In this document: positions 1 to 15,000 of the stretch, piece after piece
How positions within the stretch are numbered: position 1 is the first letter of the stretch
Layout of the letters: every line of letters begins with the position of its first letter
Source: Balanoglossus misakiensis
Lineage: Eukaryota > Animalia > Hemichordata
DNA: 64,000 bases
Reading direction: 5' to 3'
Assembly: GCA_040954595.2 (NCBI GenBank)
Contig: CM082584.2
Span: forward strand, 5,956,110 to 6,020,109
Translations under genes and position numbers: made by a program
Notes under the pieces: generated by a model
What the model was told of the DNA's origin: nothing
Databases searched by the model: none
Seen by the model: the letters and a program-made list of their open reading frames with translations, nothing else

Positions 1-3000
1 AGGCAGATAATGGAGACAATGCAGCCCACGTAGGTGATAACGGTCAGAGCGGTGTTGTGACTCTCTGAAAGCTGATTTGAAATGACAGATATCAATGTTT
101 TAATGTAGGCTACGACTCCGCTGGCCGCCATAAAATGAGCGATCACGCTACAAATCTCATGTCTGGAGAAAGCTTTGTATGCCACGAGAAGCTGAGATAA
201 AAGTTTTGTTATCAAATATTTTAAAGGTCGCCGTGATTTATTGTCCTTGACGTTATCATGTCAATGCCTTGTTGGTTGAAGTCATGAAACGATAGATACA
301 TAAAGAATGTCAGGAGACTCACTGATGGATGAAACACACCATGAATCATTACACAAAACGTTACATGCGCTGAATTCTACTTACAACACACTTTACACAG
401 CTGGGACCGTGAACATTGTGTGTACTCCGGTGTTTCAAAGTATTGTACCGGGGTGATCGTAGACTTACATGTACATTATATATATAGGCAGCTCAGTACT
501 TGGTGTTTACAGCATAGAGTACTACAATGTGCCAGCAACTAAATACAACGAACAGGACTACACCTCCTATAGTAACGTGGCCAGTTTATCATCCTAGCTA
601 TGATAGTCAGGAGTGTATTTTTTATATTCCTGACAAAGATTATCGTACTCTCCTGTACCAGCTAAATGTGGATTACTCATCATGATGCAACCACTAGCTA
701 ATTACCGTTGGATTCTTCAAACCAGTGACTTTTGTGGCCAGTAATTTTAATGTTTTTTGCTTTCTTTCAATACCCACCTTTGTTCCTTGAACATCCATCA
801 ACACAGCGAAGTTAGTGAGGTGACTGCATGCACATTCTGTGTGTGTCGCATTACTGGTAATGCTGCGGCATCCTTCTGTCGACCACTGCCCTTGCTTTGT
901 CCTGTGTTAGAAGATGACGGGTGATAGTCACGCATGATATGAAGGCGGGGTTCTACTCTAAATTGAAAATATTGCCATTTTTCTGATTTATATACTAATA
1001 AATACTGTATATCTATCAACCGAAGAGTTGTGGAACAGAACAGGTCAAAGTGAAGCGACGGAGGAACATGTCGGCGGGACAAAAAAAACTGTGACCATTA
1101 ACCACTAAACATCATCGCAGATGTGTGTTTGTCATATCGGCAAATATTGGAATGATTGCAATCGCAATGTAATGTGCGTATTAGATAATAAAAACAAAGG
1201 GTAGTAGGCATAACCCAGCTGGTACACAGTAAAGGGCATAGGTGGTTATGATTGTGCTTTTACCTTTGTGAATACTTCCAGAAAGCACAAGTCGCATTTT
1301 CCACGTTGTCTGTCTGAAATGTATAGAAAGATAACCTCTGTCAGTTTGCGAATATGGCCCACTCTATGTGACAAAACTATTATAGAAACTACAGACAGTG
1401 CCGCGAGAATGACATCAGAATATGTATTTGTCGAAAATTGTGAATTGCAAAGATATTAATCTGCAGGATTCTGATAACGATTGCAATGAAATTGCCGACA
1501 TATGGAAACCGATCCATATCAACAACTTATTCCATAAAACCTTATTACACAGTATCTCCAATCACCTACTAACGTATGTGCACACGTGGCCACGTACCAG
1601 TAAATGTTTTAAGATAAAAACGACTTCTTCGCCCAAGACTTTGTATGACATGTCATTGATTGAGGCGGCGATAACCATTGAATTGACTACTTTTGACGAG
1701 GCTTCTGGTTCATCCTCATCTGCCATTTTGCCTTCCGAGTTCAATAGACTGCCTAAATTTTTGTAGGCTATGAAAACGACTCTAGCTGGGGCTGAAATAC
1801 AAAAATAATATTACACGACGTTGTACTGAATGCCGCTTAGAATGTATTGTGAATTAACACAAAGACCATTTTTCAAGAAATGATAATAGATTGATCATAT
1901 ACAATAAATATTACATGGTCGCTTAATGAACAAATTTCCCATTAACGAATTTATTTTATACGCTTTAATACTTTATTACATGGGATATCATTCATTGGGA
2001 AATATTGCGATTTTAGTAAAATCAGAAGGTTTTGATAAATCGTTTCCATCGATCAGAAATTCATCCGATATATTTTCGTTTCCAATATACTTTCGCATCA
2101 ATTAACTTGTCTGATAATATTAGTACATGGATGAAAATCGCAGTCAACTAAATTAATCAAACATTCCCTTCATCCTCTTTTAAATTTTTGATGAATGGCA
2201 TAATTTTTTTCTAGGTTACAGAAAAACAGATTTTGGCAAACACGTCACGCAGATAATATCGTGCAACTGTCAGAAAGATAGATGTTTCGAGAACTTACCA
2301 GATTCATTGGAGTTCTGACGCAGAGCAGAAGTTGGTAAAGTGATAGCGCCCTCACCCACGGGCGATTCATCAGAGCCGTCGCCTCTGAATTCGAAATGGA
2401 CATCTTCGCTATTTCCATCGCCCGGCTTCCACAGTAATGCCTCAAGAACTGAAGCGATGTAAATATAGAAACATTCATGCTCGGTTCAAAGAAAGAATTC
2501 AAATAATAGCAAATCAAACCGGTATCAGAGACTCACCTATATTTGGCTTTTCTATGGTGACGGTGTCTTCGTTTTCTAGTTGCTCGGTTAACATCAATGC
2601 ACTGGACTCGACACTATGGGTCAGCAACGTTGCCGAGGTTGCCTGTCCCTGTTATGCACAGATGCATACATCAAAGAAAGTAATGTTAGTAACACATTGC
2701 ATTCGTGGGTTTCAACATCATGTTTGATCCATTTCCGATAAAAGTTAACAAAAATGCCTCTTTGCTATAACGTGATCGATTTCAATAAATTTGGAAATTG
2801 ACGTATATATCACGTGATCTTCTTAAAGACAATTAAGTGACTTGGGCAGTCGGAGGATGTATAAAACACATAGCGACTTGTGATGTGATAATGACTGATT
2901 TCTTACCTCAGGGATATTCGACCACTCCCCAATATTGGCGTCTTTCAGTAAGTTACTTCCAACACTGACAATCTCCTGCGAAGCAAATAAATACATTGGG

Positions 3001-6000
3001 AAACAATAGTAAAACACTTTCAAAACGAGTATACATTCAGACAGAAGTGCATTCTCCCTTGTTATACAACTTAAATCGGTCAAACGTGCACCAAAAATAC
3101 AAAGAATCCTGATTGTCTATACCTCAGTGAAGTTTTTAGTACTCCTTTCCTTTTCATCTTCGTTCATACCCATCAGCTGCGAAGCTTGAAGATCGACCAA
3201 GTTCTCCACGACGTCAACGGTTTCTATGATATCTCTGCTGCTTATGGACGTATCCTTGTCCGTGTTCTTTTCCACGCCGGCCGCAATTTCTGGCGCCGGA
3301 ATATTATCTTCGATCTGAAAGATGGGGAATCATGGAACGGAACTGATTTCGTTTGCCATGCTCGGCGCGTGTTTTTATCATCCGCGGCCCCTAAGAAAGT
3401 ACCGATTTCATCAGTGCGCTAAAACCACAAGGAGATAACTTGATATCAAAAGCCTGTATGAATCTGTGATCAGTTTGACTGTCTGAGAAATAAGCCTTGT
3501 TGCAGGAGCCGAAAAAAATTGCCAGAGTCCAGGGCTGAGGCCTGAACAGTTCTGATAGTACGTGAGTGTATGATGTGGTGTAGTTTCTACATGTGCCCGC
3601 CAAATAATTTAATGTCTTTGGACGGGAGGTATCGTTGGCAAATTTACAGGGAATGTTACAGGGTGTGTAAATTCAGTATACATTCGTGTGTGTGTGCCAT
3701 GTTTTGATACAGAAATTAGACAGACCACAGTTACCACGCATACCTTTGTCCACGCACAATGATCATATAGATACAAATACCGTTTATACAGTAATTACGG
3801 CAAGCCCAGCAACACCCCCATGTATACTCAGCATGATTGTAAACACCAGTGTTCCCACTGGTGTTTATAGACACGGGTTAGCAAATTAGTCACAGCAATG
3901 TGCCTAAAGCCTTTATTGACGCAGACCTGTATTGTTCAGATCTCATACAGCCTGAGGAGCGATTCCTTACACCACAAACAGATATACAAACGTACTGCTG
4001 CGATGCGTATCCACTCAGGGCTTAATCAAGTCTTCTATACAATTTTTGACATCGAGGGCAATTAATTTAATTTCGTTTGAGCGCCCAAAACTAATTAAGA
4101 TATATGTATCTTGTCAAAGCGAATTTGGACTGTGTTTTCTTACCATTTCATTGGCTCTGTTTATCCATGCAGAAATACATCGCGAATAATCCGGTCCTGT
4201 GGGGTCCCATTGATGTTCATCAACTAAGCAGTTCCAATAGACAATACCTGAAATAGAAAATTGTAATGTTATGTTTCCATAGTGACAACATTTGTAAAGA
4301 AAAGTAAATTTCACGGTCGCGGCATCAAACATTAATTATCGCTTGTAATTTAGAGAACTGGCAATCGACGCGCGTCATTAATTTGTTCCCCGAACTCTCA
4401 ATATCATTAGTGTCACGGTGACCTCGACGTTTTGTCCTAGATGGTGGTCACGTAAAATCGAAATTTAATAGCAGTCGTCAAGGGGATGATTGTGTTCGGC
4501 TCAGAAAATGCCCACGCAAGAAGCCATACCGCCACAGGGGAAGCCACATATGCATGTCCACTAACCACACAAACAAACGAAGCAGGCTAACAGCGAGAGC
4601 AGGCCTCACCATCACTCCACTTCAAATCGACACACGTCAGGGCATTGTAACAACCGAACAAAACACGTTGGAATTCAGCAGCGTTACGCACCTGCGCACT
4701 CATCAGACATCCGTTGATATTTTTTCGCCGCAAGGCAATCTAGTTGCTATACACAAACGGCAGATCTTTCATTTGGTTTGAATAAGAGCCAACTTTCCAA
4801 GAAGATCTAAACTTTCTAAACCCCAAAAGATCCTGCAGATGTTGTCCGTTCTTTACACAACTCGATGATTCAATCACTTGATAGAATAGCACAGAAGTAT
4901 CATATCATTCGCAGACTTGTAATTAATGGCGCCACGCGGTTCGTTAAATCATACCCACTGGCGTCATGTTAAAAATCCTATATCTCTGTAAACTTCAAAG
5001 TTACAGAGATAGGGGCTGATATTGCATGTAAGCCCCCAAGCTCTCGTCTTCACACTAGGGATGTGTGAGAAACAACAGCACTGATACGGCTTGGAGTCAA
5101 ATGACGCATTGGTCCCCGTATAACGAGGTTCATTACCCCTAATTGGCACCTAAGCTCGAAGTTCAATTTGTGATTAGAGTCCACGTTTACGTTTGATGTG
5201 AAGCCGTACCGGCAATTGCATTATTCACTTCTGGTCACAACATGTCTAGGGACATGTCATGATTCTGGCAAGGAGAGGGGCAGTCGTCCTGCTATAAACT
5301 TTGCAGATTAAATATTAACACTGAATAATTTACCTATGGCCCGTTTTCGTGTTAATGGTCTTATTTTTTGCTTTTGTTTCACATGTGTGACGTTTGGTGT
5401 TGCCTGTGAGTTACTGATAGTATTATCTTTTTTTTTTTTTGCATAATTCTTCTCGCATACAGTAGTATTGGCTTGAGGGAAATCCAAATACTTGTACATT
5501 GAAGTGTAAACTGATACGGTCGGCTAGAGTTTCCATGGGAAGGCACTCAGATGCCGTATACAAATTGATTGGCATATGAGCGATAAGGTACTTGAAGCAC
5601 TCATATATGCTACTTCACAAACCACGCGTGTCGCGTGAAAGTTAGCGTAGCGATCAGATATTGTAATCTGTAGACGTGCCTTCTTTGCCGTCAGGACAGA
5701 CAGCAGCTGCCGCTTGTCCCACTAGCGTCCTCTGCCATACAATTCCATCTCTCGTAGTAGACTCGCAATACACAGGGGACCGTATCTCGGGAAATCCGAC
5801 GGGAGCCGGGTACCAGTCTTGCGTTGGAACTGTCAAATTTGCGAAAGAAATAGAAGTCAGTTTGTAAGAACAACATTCTTGGAATCAGCAAGATAATATG
5901 AAACTGGAACATACATGTAGTAAATACATTTGATTTTTTTTCGGGTGGCAATATTTATAAAAAATGTCCCGGAAGGTTCCATTGAGTAAGTTACCTTGAT

Positions 6001-9000
6001 TGGTACACCTATATCTGACTTCGAGGTATTTGTATGCCCCTGTGCAAGGGTCACCAAAGTGAATGTTATCAGCTGATAGACGACAACTCTCTTTACCATT
6101 GCACCTGTCGGAAAAAAAACACCAGAAAGATTACAAAGGGTACGGTGAAAATAAACGTACCATGCCTTGACCAAGAGGCGAAAACAAAACATAATTTGCT
6201 CAACAACCGAATCACTGTTATATCGTGGCTATGTAGAAACCGCACACTGACAACTTACAGTCAACTGACAACTTATTGTATATTTTTGGAATCTCGTTTG
6301 TGAGGAAATCGATTATTTTGGAGACGGTTGACATGCAACTAAACGAAATAGAAACCGAAATCACTCCACTCACCATTCTGAAACCACAGCGAGTGACGTC
6401 ACTGAGCGACACTGGTTGGCAGGCGTGCCCAGAACGCTTGTACAGATGCTGTCGTTCATTCTCCCGTAGTTCGCATATTCTATGAATATATACGGGTTGT
6501 CCGAATTGGATGAACAGCTTATTTCCTGGCCACGGTCTCGCTCGCATTCAATGGTAGGTAACGCATTTGGCTCTGAGATAAACAAAATAAAGACAATATA
6601 AGATTTCTCTCGACAAGATTGGATTCCACGCATTTCGCTCTCGGGGGCTTTGGGTATGTATTTTTTATGGAGGCCTCCATTTTCGAGTTGCAACTATTTA
6701 ATTATTCATTTATTCGACCAGTTCTGCGACAGTGTTTGATAACAAGTTGAAATTCACCCCCTCGATAGGCACGATTACGTGAGACATGCAAGACATGCAA
6801 ATAGAGCGAAAGGGGTTCCGCCGTACAGTGTACGGTAGATGTTATACTTTGCGCAATTCCTTTAGTGAGCTCCTTCGGAATACAGAGTAAACCGCAAATG
6901 GGACCTAACACACGTTCAATCAGGTAATGACATAAGCTAACAGCTAAGTACGAAATCGGAGCACAAAATGGAGACAGATGAGAAAAAGCCACCCCCTTTC
7001 CTGTGCACATTCATGAGAGTAATGAACAAAACTTCTTTAGAAACCCCAGCGACGCGTACAGCCATTAACTCCTATCCGGTTGACAAGATTTTGAAAGACG
7101 TGCAATATCAATTGCGAAGTCGCACGAGGAGTGTTCCCCTCGGGGTATTTTTACAAACTGGCTGTGTTCAGAAATTGGTGCATCATGGGAAGGTCGAAGG
7201 TGTAGGACACTTGATTTCACATCACATCGAGAGTTGAGCTTTAGGTTAACACTTGATGTGCTCATTTACCGTGTTCAATAACCACAACACGCGACCGTGA
7301 AATGACCGAACCGAACAAGCCAACGACCACAAGTGCCTTGTAGAAGTAAATGATAATGAAGAGAATCAAATAGTCAAGGGATTAAAATTTCATCTCGCGG
7401 TGAATGGAGGTGTCATCAAACGTACTGAGCCGTATAAAATAGCAATTCTGGTGTAATTGCTTAACTGGGTTTTCTGCATGCCACCTGACAGTCAAACATG
7501 CGCCGAGAGACATGGGCCCTTGGTGAAACTTCATTTCCCAACTCTATGGAGTAGAATGCAGTGTTTTAATCAGTCAATTGTCTGCCATATAGGCGATACG
7601 GTTTTCATAACAAGCAATGTCTTCCCAGCGAATTAAGCGACAAACACATCCATCGAACCTCTCTTAATCTGTCGCAACTCAGATTAACTAAACTCGTCAA
7701 TGAACTGCTATATAGTCAACCTGATGACGAAAGTCGACGGTGTTTGCAAACAAATTAGTTACAGGATATGAACGACACAAACCGCAGCTGCTGCAGGTCT
7801 TTGAACAATGTTTCAATAGACATTTCTTGGAGCTTAAAAGTGACAGATGGATATGAATGGGACATGTTCTGGGTATTATGAATGAGGCGTTGAATGCAGA
7901 GCCAAACTGTGACTATCAAAGGCATACGTCACATAAATCGGGGACATGCTGACAGATTTAGGCCTAATGGACGTTGGAAACAGTTTTCTACTATAACTTT
8001 CTATAAGTGAAACACCGTGTGTGACGTCATTTAGCGCTGATCTTCAATGAGTAACTGGATTCCGTAAATCTGCTGATAATAGCAAAAATGCATCGAAGTT
8101 ATTGTGATTATTATGTGCAATTAAGTTACCCGTATTTATTTTATCAGAAACACAGTTAAACCACAGACAATTCTAAGGGGTCCTGTTGGTGATACATACC
8201 GCGACATTCGTGAACGACCTCGGCATATTTCGTCGTTTCCGGGCAAACATCGGACGTGTAGCCCATCGTTGGACGAGACACGCCGAAGGAGCATTCCTGT
8301 CGTCCCTCGCAGAACACCGACACCGCCAGCTTGGCTCGGCTGCCGTCGAATCTGCAGTCAGACCCGGTGTTGTCGAGAGCGCCGGCAGAGCAGATTGTAG
8401 CGTCGTGGTGCCAGCGGCCGTACTGGGCAGACAGCACGTGGATCTGACTCAGCTCGGCGTCCCCGGTTTCTTCGGACGTCGTCGGACAGCGAAGTGTCAT
8501 GACGTCATCATCGCACGCACGAGTGCGGTACGGCTCGGCCACTGCGTGAGCACAAATGAAACAAAAATAATAGAAAGTTATTGATTTAGGCTCAACTTGG
8601 AGTAAAAGCACAGCGAGACGCCAGCACGCATATAAATAGACAAAATCCAATACTGTTTTCGACAAGATCAATTTTTGAGATGGATGTGTTTACAAAATAC
8701 ATTACAGAATCGTCCAGGCTAATGCTAACAGAAGCTATCTATATTCCGATAAATCGCTAAACAATTAGACGAAAGAAGAAACAAACTATCTCAAGAGTTT
8801 GTGTCAATTTATTTATACTACAAACTAAACTATGATTTCGTGTCAGTTCTTCGTATAATATGATTTGCGCGAACCCAGTGGCATCAAGACCATGTATCAT
8901 TTGTCTTTCCACAGATCAGTGGAACAGAATTCACGATCAATCATTATGATACAAAGCTGACATTTAATGATTCTTTTGATGAATTTGAATCTATTAATTA

Positions 9001-12000
9001 CATTACACACCGGTCTGTTTGGTTTCGCAATTGTATCCGTGAAATCCAGGGAGGCAGAGACATTCATATGTTCTGTCTGTGCCGAGAGAAAAGAATGAAA
9101 GTCAAGTAAGTTGTTTTATCAGATCACATGAACTCAAAGATGATGCGTTTGTCGGTTTTGTGAGCGTGGCCATAATGTCGAGATGGACAGATGGCAAGTT
9201 GCCGAGTCGCTCAACTGATGCCGTTCCGTGAACCTGTTACTTTGAAGTACACACAGAGAGATGTTCGCTATCAGGCCTGGGTGATGATTAATCGTCAAGG
9301 GAAATGTTTTCGCGTATATGTTATTACAGTTTGTCTGTCGCGTCTTTTCGTGTCGTGTCATGTCTTATCATATCATGTCATGCGATGTGTTGTATTGTAT
9401 TGTGCTGTGCTTTGATGTTATGCTGGACGTGATCTTCGAAATGGCCTCCTTTAGCACCCTGTACAGAGAGAGAGTCTAATTAGTCTCTATGTATGAACTA
9501 CTGTATACAACAGACATGGCCACAGTTCTTCGACGAAGCGTATTGTTCATGAGTGCATGTCAGATAGATAGCACACCTTGCATTAAATGTTGCATCGGAA
9601 ATTCACAGATGAAATACTTCTCATCGCTGCAGCGACTGGCTCTCCACTTGAAGTCATAGTCCTCTAAGTACTGCGTATTCAACTCAAGGCAGTCTTGCAG
9701 GCGTTGATTTCCTCGGCCGCTTGATGACCTCGGCGCCCAGCTCGTTATCTGTCTGTCAGATCCTGCCCAGACCCATAAGCCCTCCCTGGAAATGTCGTTC
9801 CCTCCCGTCCAAAATCCTGTGGTTTTCTCGTCGGTGGAGCCTAGAATACACAGAAAAGAAAACACCAAATTGCTTGTTAACAATGTTTGATGCTATATGG
9901 TGGAGTTGACAATTTTTTTGATCGCTTCAGGAGCGAAAATTGCCCGACTACTCTATTAGCATACATGTAGTTTCCCCGCCACATGAGTCTGTTAACACAT
10001 ATTCAATATATTAATTTAATTCTGCCCCGCAGGTTAAAAATGACTTGCCAGTTTGTGAATTTCAAAAATAATTTCTAGCAGATTAAATGCACTGGTGATG
10101 AGGATCAGGCATAGGTAATCAATGTCATAACGAAAATAAATTTTCTGGCTACAGACCAGTTAGGCTGGCGTAAAACATCTGATGAGCGCGTCAAACAACG
10201 CAAAATCGAAGGAAATGACTCGAATTATAAATCATGATGCCGGTGCTTAAATTTATTCTTAAGTAACCCTAATCAGTCGAGTAATCCCATGGGATATAAT
10301 GTAAGCACACTAAAGGTCACACCTGAAGGTCGTTAATTAAATATCTGAGACGACAGATCCCGGTGACTTACCGTATAACTCGTGATTTATTATGTAAGAC
10401 TTGACTGCGTCCATTTCTGCTCCGGTTTCCAGCGCCACTAGGCTGGCCGACATGTTGTAGCAGGCCAGGTTGGCTTCGTGCCAGTTGGCCAGTGTCCTCA
10501 CAAATTCCAAGCACGAGTCGCCGCTGCACATCACAGGATTTTTGTAACCGTGTGCTGTCAGTTAAAATGAGTGTCGCTTAGAGGAAACTACGAGTCTTTG
10601 CCAATTTAGCATTTGTCTGTCCGAACTACAGTTTCCTGATTGACTGTGTGTATGTGTGTGTGTGTGCGTTCGTGCGCGTGTAATACACGCCTTTCCCTCA
10701 TTGTAACATAATTAATGACTTAGACATATAATAAAAAAAATGTTAGTTCAGATTGTGGAATGAAGTTGTCACACCCATATATGTGTCGATGACTAAGAAT
10801 ATTTCGAGATATGTTTCTGTCATACACCTTCCACAAAGTTAAATGCCAACTAGTTAATTTACCTGGTGTTTGAGTGGCTAATTTCCGCTCGAGAGACTCG
10901 ACTGAAGACAATTTCAGCGACATGTATGCACTCATCTGAAATGTCTTTGGGTCATTCTACGATTACCATTATAAATCATCAAAATTACTCTTTTAATCTT
11001 AATTGATTTCTCATATATGTTAGTACATTAATCACGTAAGCACAGTAAAACGATTTAGGGAACGATAATTCACGTTTGGAAGTGATGTTTCGTGAAATAT
11101 GGCAACCAGACAACAAGCCGAAAGGCTGCACCTTGGTGGTAAATTATGTCTACAGTTACTTAGAATGTAGTTAAAATTCAAAATTGGACTTACCTCTTTT
11201 TGTCACTGGAGCGTGAAGTAAAATAAATAGAGACAAGCATGATAAAGCACTTTAAAATAATAAAATATTATACATTTTATTTAAGAGTGAAAGTCTAATT
11301 TCGCACACAGTACAACAGTACAGTGTTTGTGTGTGTGTGTGTATGTTCTGATATACATATTTTCTCTGAGTTCTTAGGTAGTATGGAACAAATCATTTTA
11401 ACATGTTAAAACGCCAATATGGCTAAACAAGGGTAGTCATCCATGAATTGGGTGTGAGAGTAGGAGACTATCGCTCAGGCAAAAATGCTCACTTCAAAGA
11501 ATAATTTGAATGATGTGTAAAGTGAAATCATAAAAGTGTGAAAAAATCGTGCAAGACTGAGACGTCAGTCTCTCACGCCACCCGAGCTTCAAACTTTGCA
11601 TTTATTTATTTTTGCTTGGAATGTTAAGGAAATTGTGCCCATTCATATGTGGAGTTATGAATTTGTGCTGGTTGAACAGATACCTGAGAGAAAGCGTTCT
11701 GTTTAGAGCTATACAACACGATTCTGCAGCCGTCCGTTCACGCGACGACACATTTGTCGAATGCATGGGGTTGAATTGATATACAGAAACTTCACGTTTA
11801 AATTTTTCCGATCTGCTCATTTGGCTACAAAACATCTGAAATGACGTCTCTTGTTGTTTACCCACCCTTCAAATGAAAATATTTCAAACCTCACATGCAA
11901 TTAAGACTTCTGCAAGATTTAAGCGTATTATTCACTTAATGCCGGGAAATATTACTCTAATCCGAAATGTTATTTTTTCATTAAACTGGAAATTAATTTT

Positions 12001-15000
12001 GCAATATTGAGAAAATATCTACATACACGTCTATCGGACTAATTGAATTATTGGGATATAAACTCAACTGTATTTCTGTGAAACGTGTTGCCATTGTATA
12101 TGTTTGAGGGAAGTAAGTCGAGATTATCAGTATTTTATCTGCACCTGATTGACATTCCAAAGGTAAAAAACGTTAAGTCGTTTCCAGCGATTCCTAAATA
12201 TGCAATTTTATTTGATGAAAATACGGATGCAACTGATCAGCCTTGGTCGATGGTGAAGGTGTAATTGCCGTCTTGAAGCTGAACTTGATTCAAGCAGAAT
12301 AACTCTAAATTACGACCACCCCCCCCAGTATGTTTCACAATAGATAATCCAAATACACGGGAATACTAATAACAGACTCTTATATCCGAACTTTTGTATG
12401 CGCGAGGGCGTTTCAATCAATAATTGTAATACATAATTATCGCTAATATCCTCGGATATCAATTTTACATAAACAAATAAGCATACCAGTATTTGACTTT
12501 GACACATGGAATATTATTGAAAGATTATTGAAACAAATCAATGGTTTAACTTTAAACGAGAAACATTGATTATCATCGCTATATACCTTAGTGCATATGC
12601 ACACTAAAATTGACACCAGAGAAACGTCTGATCGCGTGTATTCCTCTGATTTGCCTTTGCTATACGTTTTGTTTCTCAAAGCGACAATTTTTGTTAAAAC
12701 CGCAAATTCATAGTTGATAACTGATTCCGAGCACGAACGGACCGAGTGCTTTTTATTAGAAAACGAATGGGGTGTGTTTCTGGCTACTAATAACAACCGG
12801 ACAAAAGGTTAATGTAACATCAACATTTTCAGACCGCGCGCTCATTTGCAAAACCATCTTTTATTGACTCGGTATAATTAAACAGCGACACTTACCCAGC
12901 ATATTGATGCAAGTACCGTCGTTCTCACACGGGTTGACGGTGCACTTTACAACGTTGGGATCATAATCCAGGCCTGTCGAGAGGAACATTATGATCAAAG
13001 TCACAAATACCTATACTCCAAATCGACATCAGTCGTAAAACGAAAAAAAAGACTAATGAACCCCGTTATAGTTAAATGCACTTTCATGGTTTTCAATTTC
13101 CGTTTGGTGGGGAAAGGACATCGTTTTCATCGGCATTAATTTCGAAGTGGCGAATTTTGTTATCACTGACTAAGAGTTTTCTCCTTGCCGTCTGCTACAA
13201 AAGTGTCTGCAGGCAAAAACAGCGTTAGAAAAAATTATGTACAATACGATAATGCGTATTTTGACGTGCAGAATGTGTAATGCTGATATTAAATAATTTG
13301 GTTTATTCCACAAATCTTAAATGTAACAAATTGTGTCAAATTTGATGTTATTTAATGCAAACGCGCGCGCCATTATGGATTAAGTACAGTTCGTCACGGT
13401 GGTGTAATCGACCAATGTAATAATTCTAATAATGAAAGTGTACGGTTGTGGAAATGTAATAGATAGTTATTTCCTTGTTATTAACCTAGAGGCTATAGCT
13501 CAGGTAACTGTACAATTATCGAATACATACTTTCAACCCTATGTGTTGAAGGCACACTAGGGCAAGTGTGATCGTTCTGAGTGTGTTAGTCCGTCCGTCC
13601 GTCCGTCTGTCTGTCTGTCTGTGTACAAAAATGTGAACTACCTCATACTTTTAAATAATCTGACCAAATGTGGCAAGTTTAAGGGTATTGAATATTTTGG
13701 TCTAATGGACTAGTGGGCGAAAGGTGCTAAAGTAAAGAAAATCGAATAATCAGTAGAAATGTGGACAAATTCTCCAGGTTTGTACAAAGGGAAGTGATTT
13801 ACAGTAGTAAGGAATTCATTTTATGGCATTTTAACTGTACTGTATTTATATATGCATGTAAAATCTAAGCTAATATATCAAAACTACCTGTATTTACTTA
13901 AATCAAACCATTAAACACATTTCAATTATTCGTATATGGGTTAATGTACATGGTATGATGTTTTTATTACTTCATCAATTAACAAAATTCAACATCCATT
14001 ATGAAATCCAGGCGTGGATCAAGGGCCCTGAAATATTTACTTTGCTTGAAAAGGCATGAAAATACAGTATGTTTCACATTGTAATGTTCAGAAAACTGTA
14101 TTACGTAGAATAGGCGGATGACAGCAAATAAACTTAACATGTCAGCGAACTCAATAACATCACCTGGAGCTAATGCTCGTTTGCAAGAAAGCAATTCTGT
14201 TAATAGACGGAGTTTTTATTGTACGAAGTCCAAAGCTATGGCTTTTATTGTTTCGGCACGGATGACGTCATAAACAGATCAAGCTGTTGGACTGATGTAC
14301 TTTTTATGTTATATTCTGTAATTTTAATGGGAAGAACCATAGTAGTAGAATTCGAAATTAAGAGGTCTGAATCGACATTTTCTACGTGATCACAGACTGT
14401 GTGCATTTAATTTTCGAGTTTATGACCCATAAGTTATATGCAGAGGTACAGCTAATACTCAGTCCGTCAGAATTTCAACAAAAATGTACACAATAATCGA
14501 ATGGCAATTTATATACATGTATATGTATATTGTATGTGTGACCTCTGAACTCGAAACTTATTCTTTAGTATAGGAATTTACTGCGGTGCACAGTACTTTG
14601 TATACGAGAGCATTGCAACCACACATGCACCGTATGGATGCCATTAGAAATGAAATTTCCATTTCGATTGAAATCCGGCTTAGGGTGTTAATAGGTATCT
14701 CCAGCATAAACTTTATCGCAGCATTAAATACGTTTCCAATAACAGGTTTCCCAGACTACATTTCTTGGGGGTTTAAATTTCAAAGCTGGGCCGATTTGTT
14801 GCTGTTCATCAGGTTAACGAGAATTTCGCTGATTCTCTCATTTCCAAAAACATTTGACTGACTTAACGGTTTTACGGTTATCGTCCACTGAAATGTTCCA
14901 CTGATGATCAGTTTTTGCCTAGATTTTTTTCTCATCAAAAACCATTTCGGAGATGATACATATACTATGTGAATGCCCTGTGCCCTGTGTTGCGCTATGA

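Noticed and set aside
7065-7265. CEIKCP motif on the minus strand reminiscent of YqaJ nuclease
   Set aside because: Surrounded by stops, with no other YqaJ motifs.
8186-8584. 132-aa plus-strand ORF
   Set aside because: Antisense shadow of the GC-rich SUEL exon.
9450-9470. REST/NRSE-like motif in an aGPCR intron
   Set aside because: Several mismatches in core positions.
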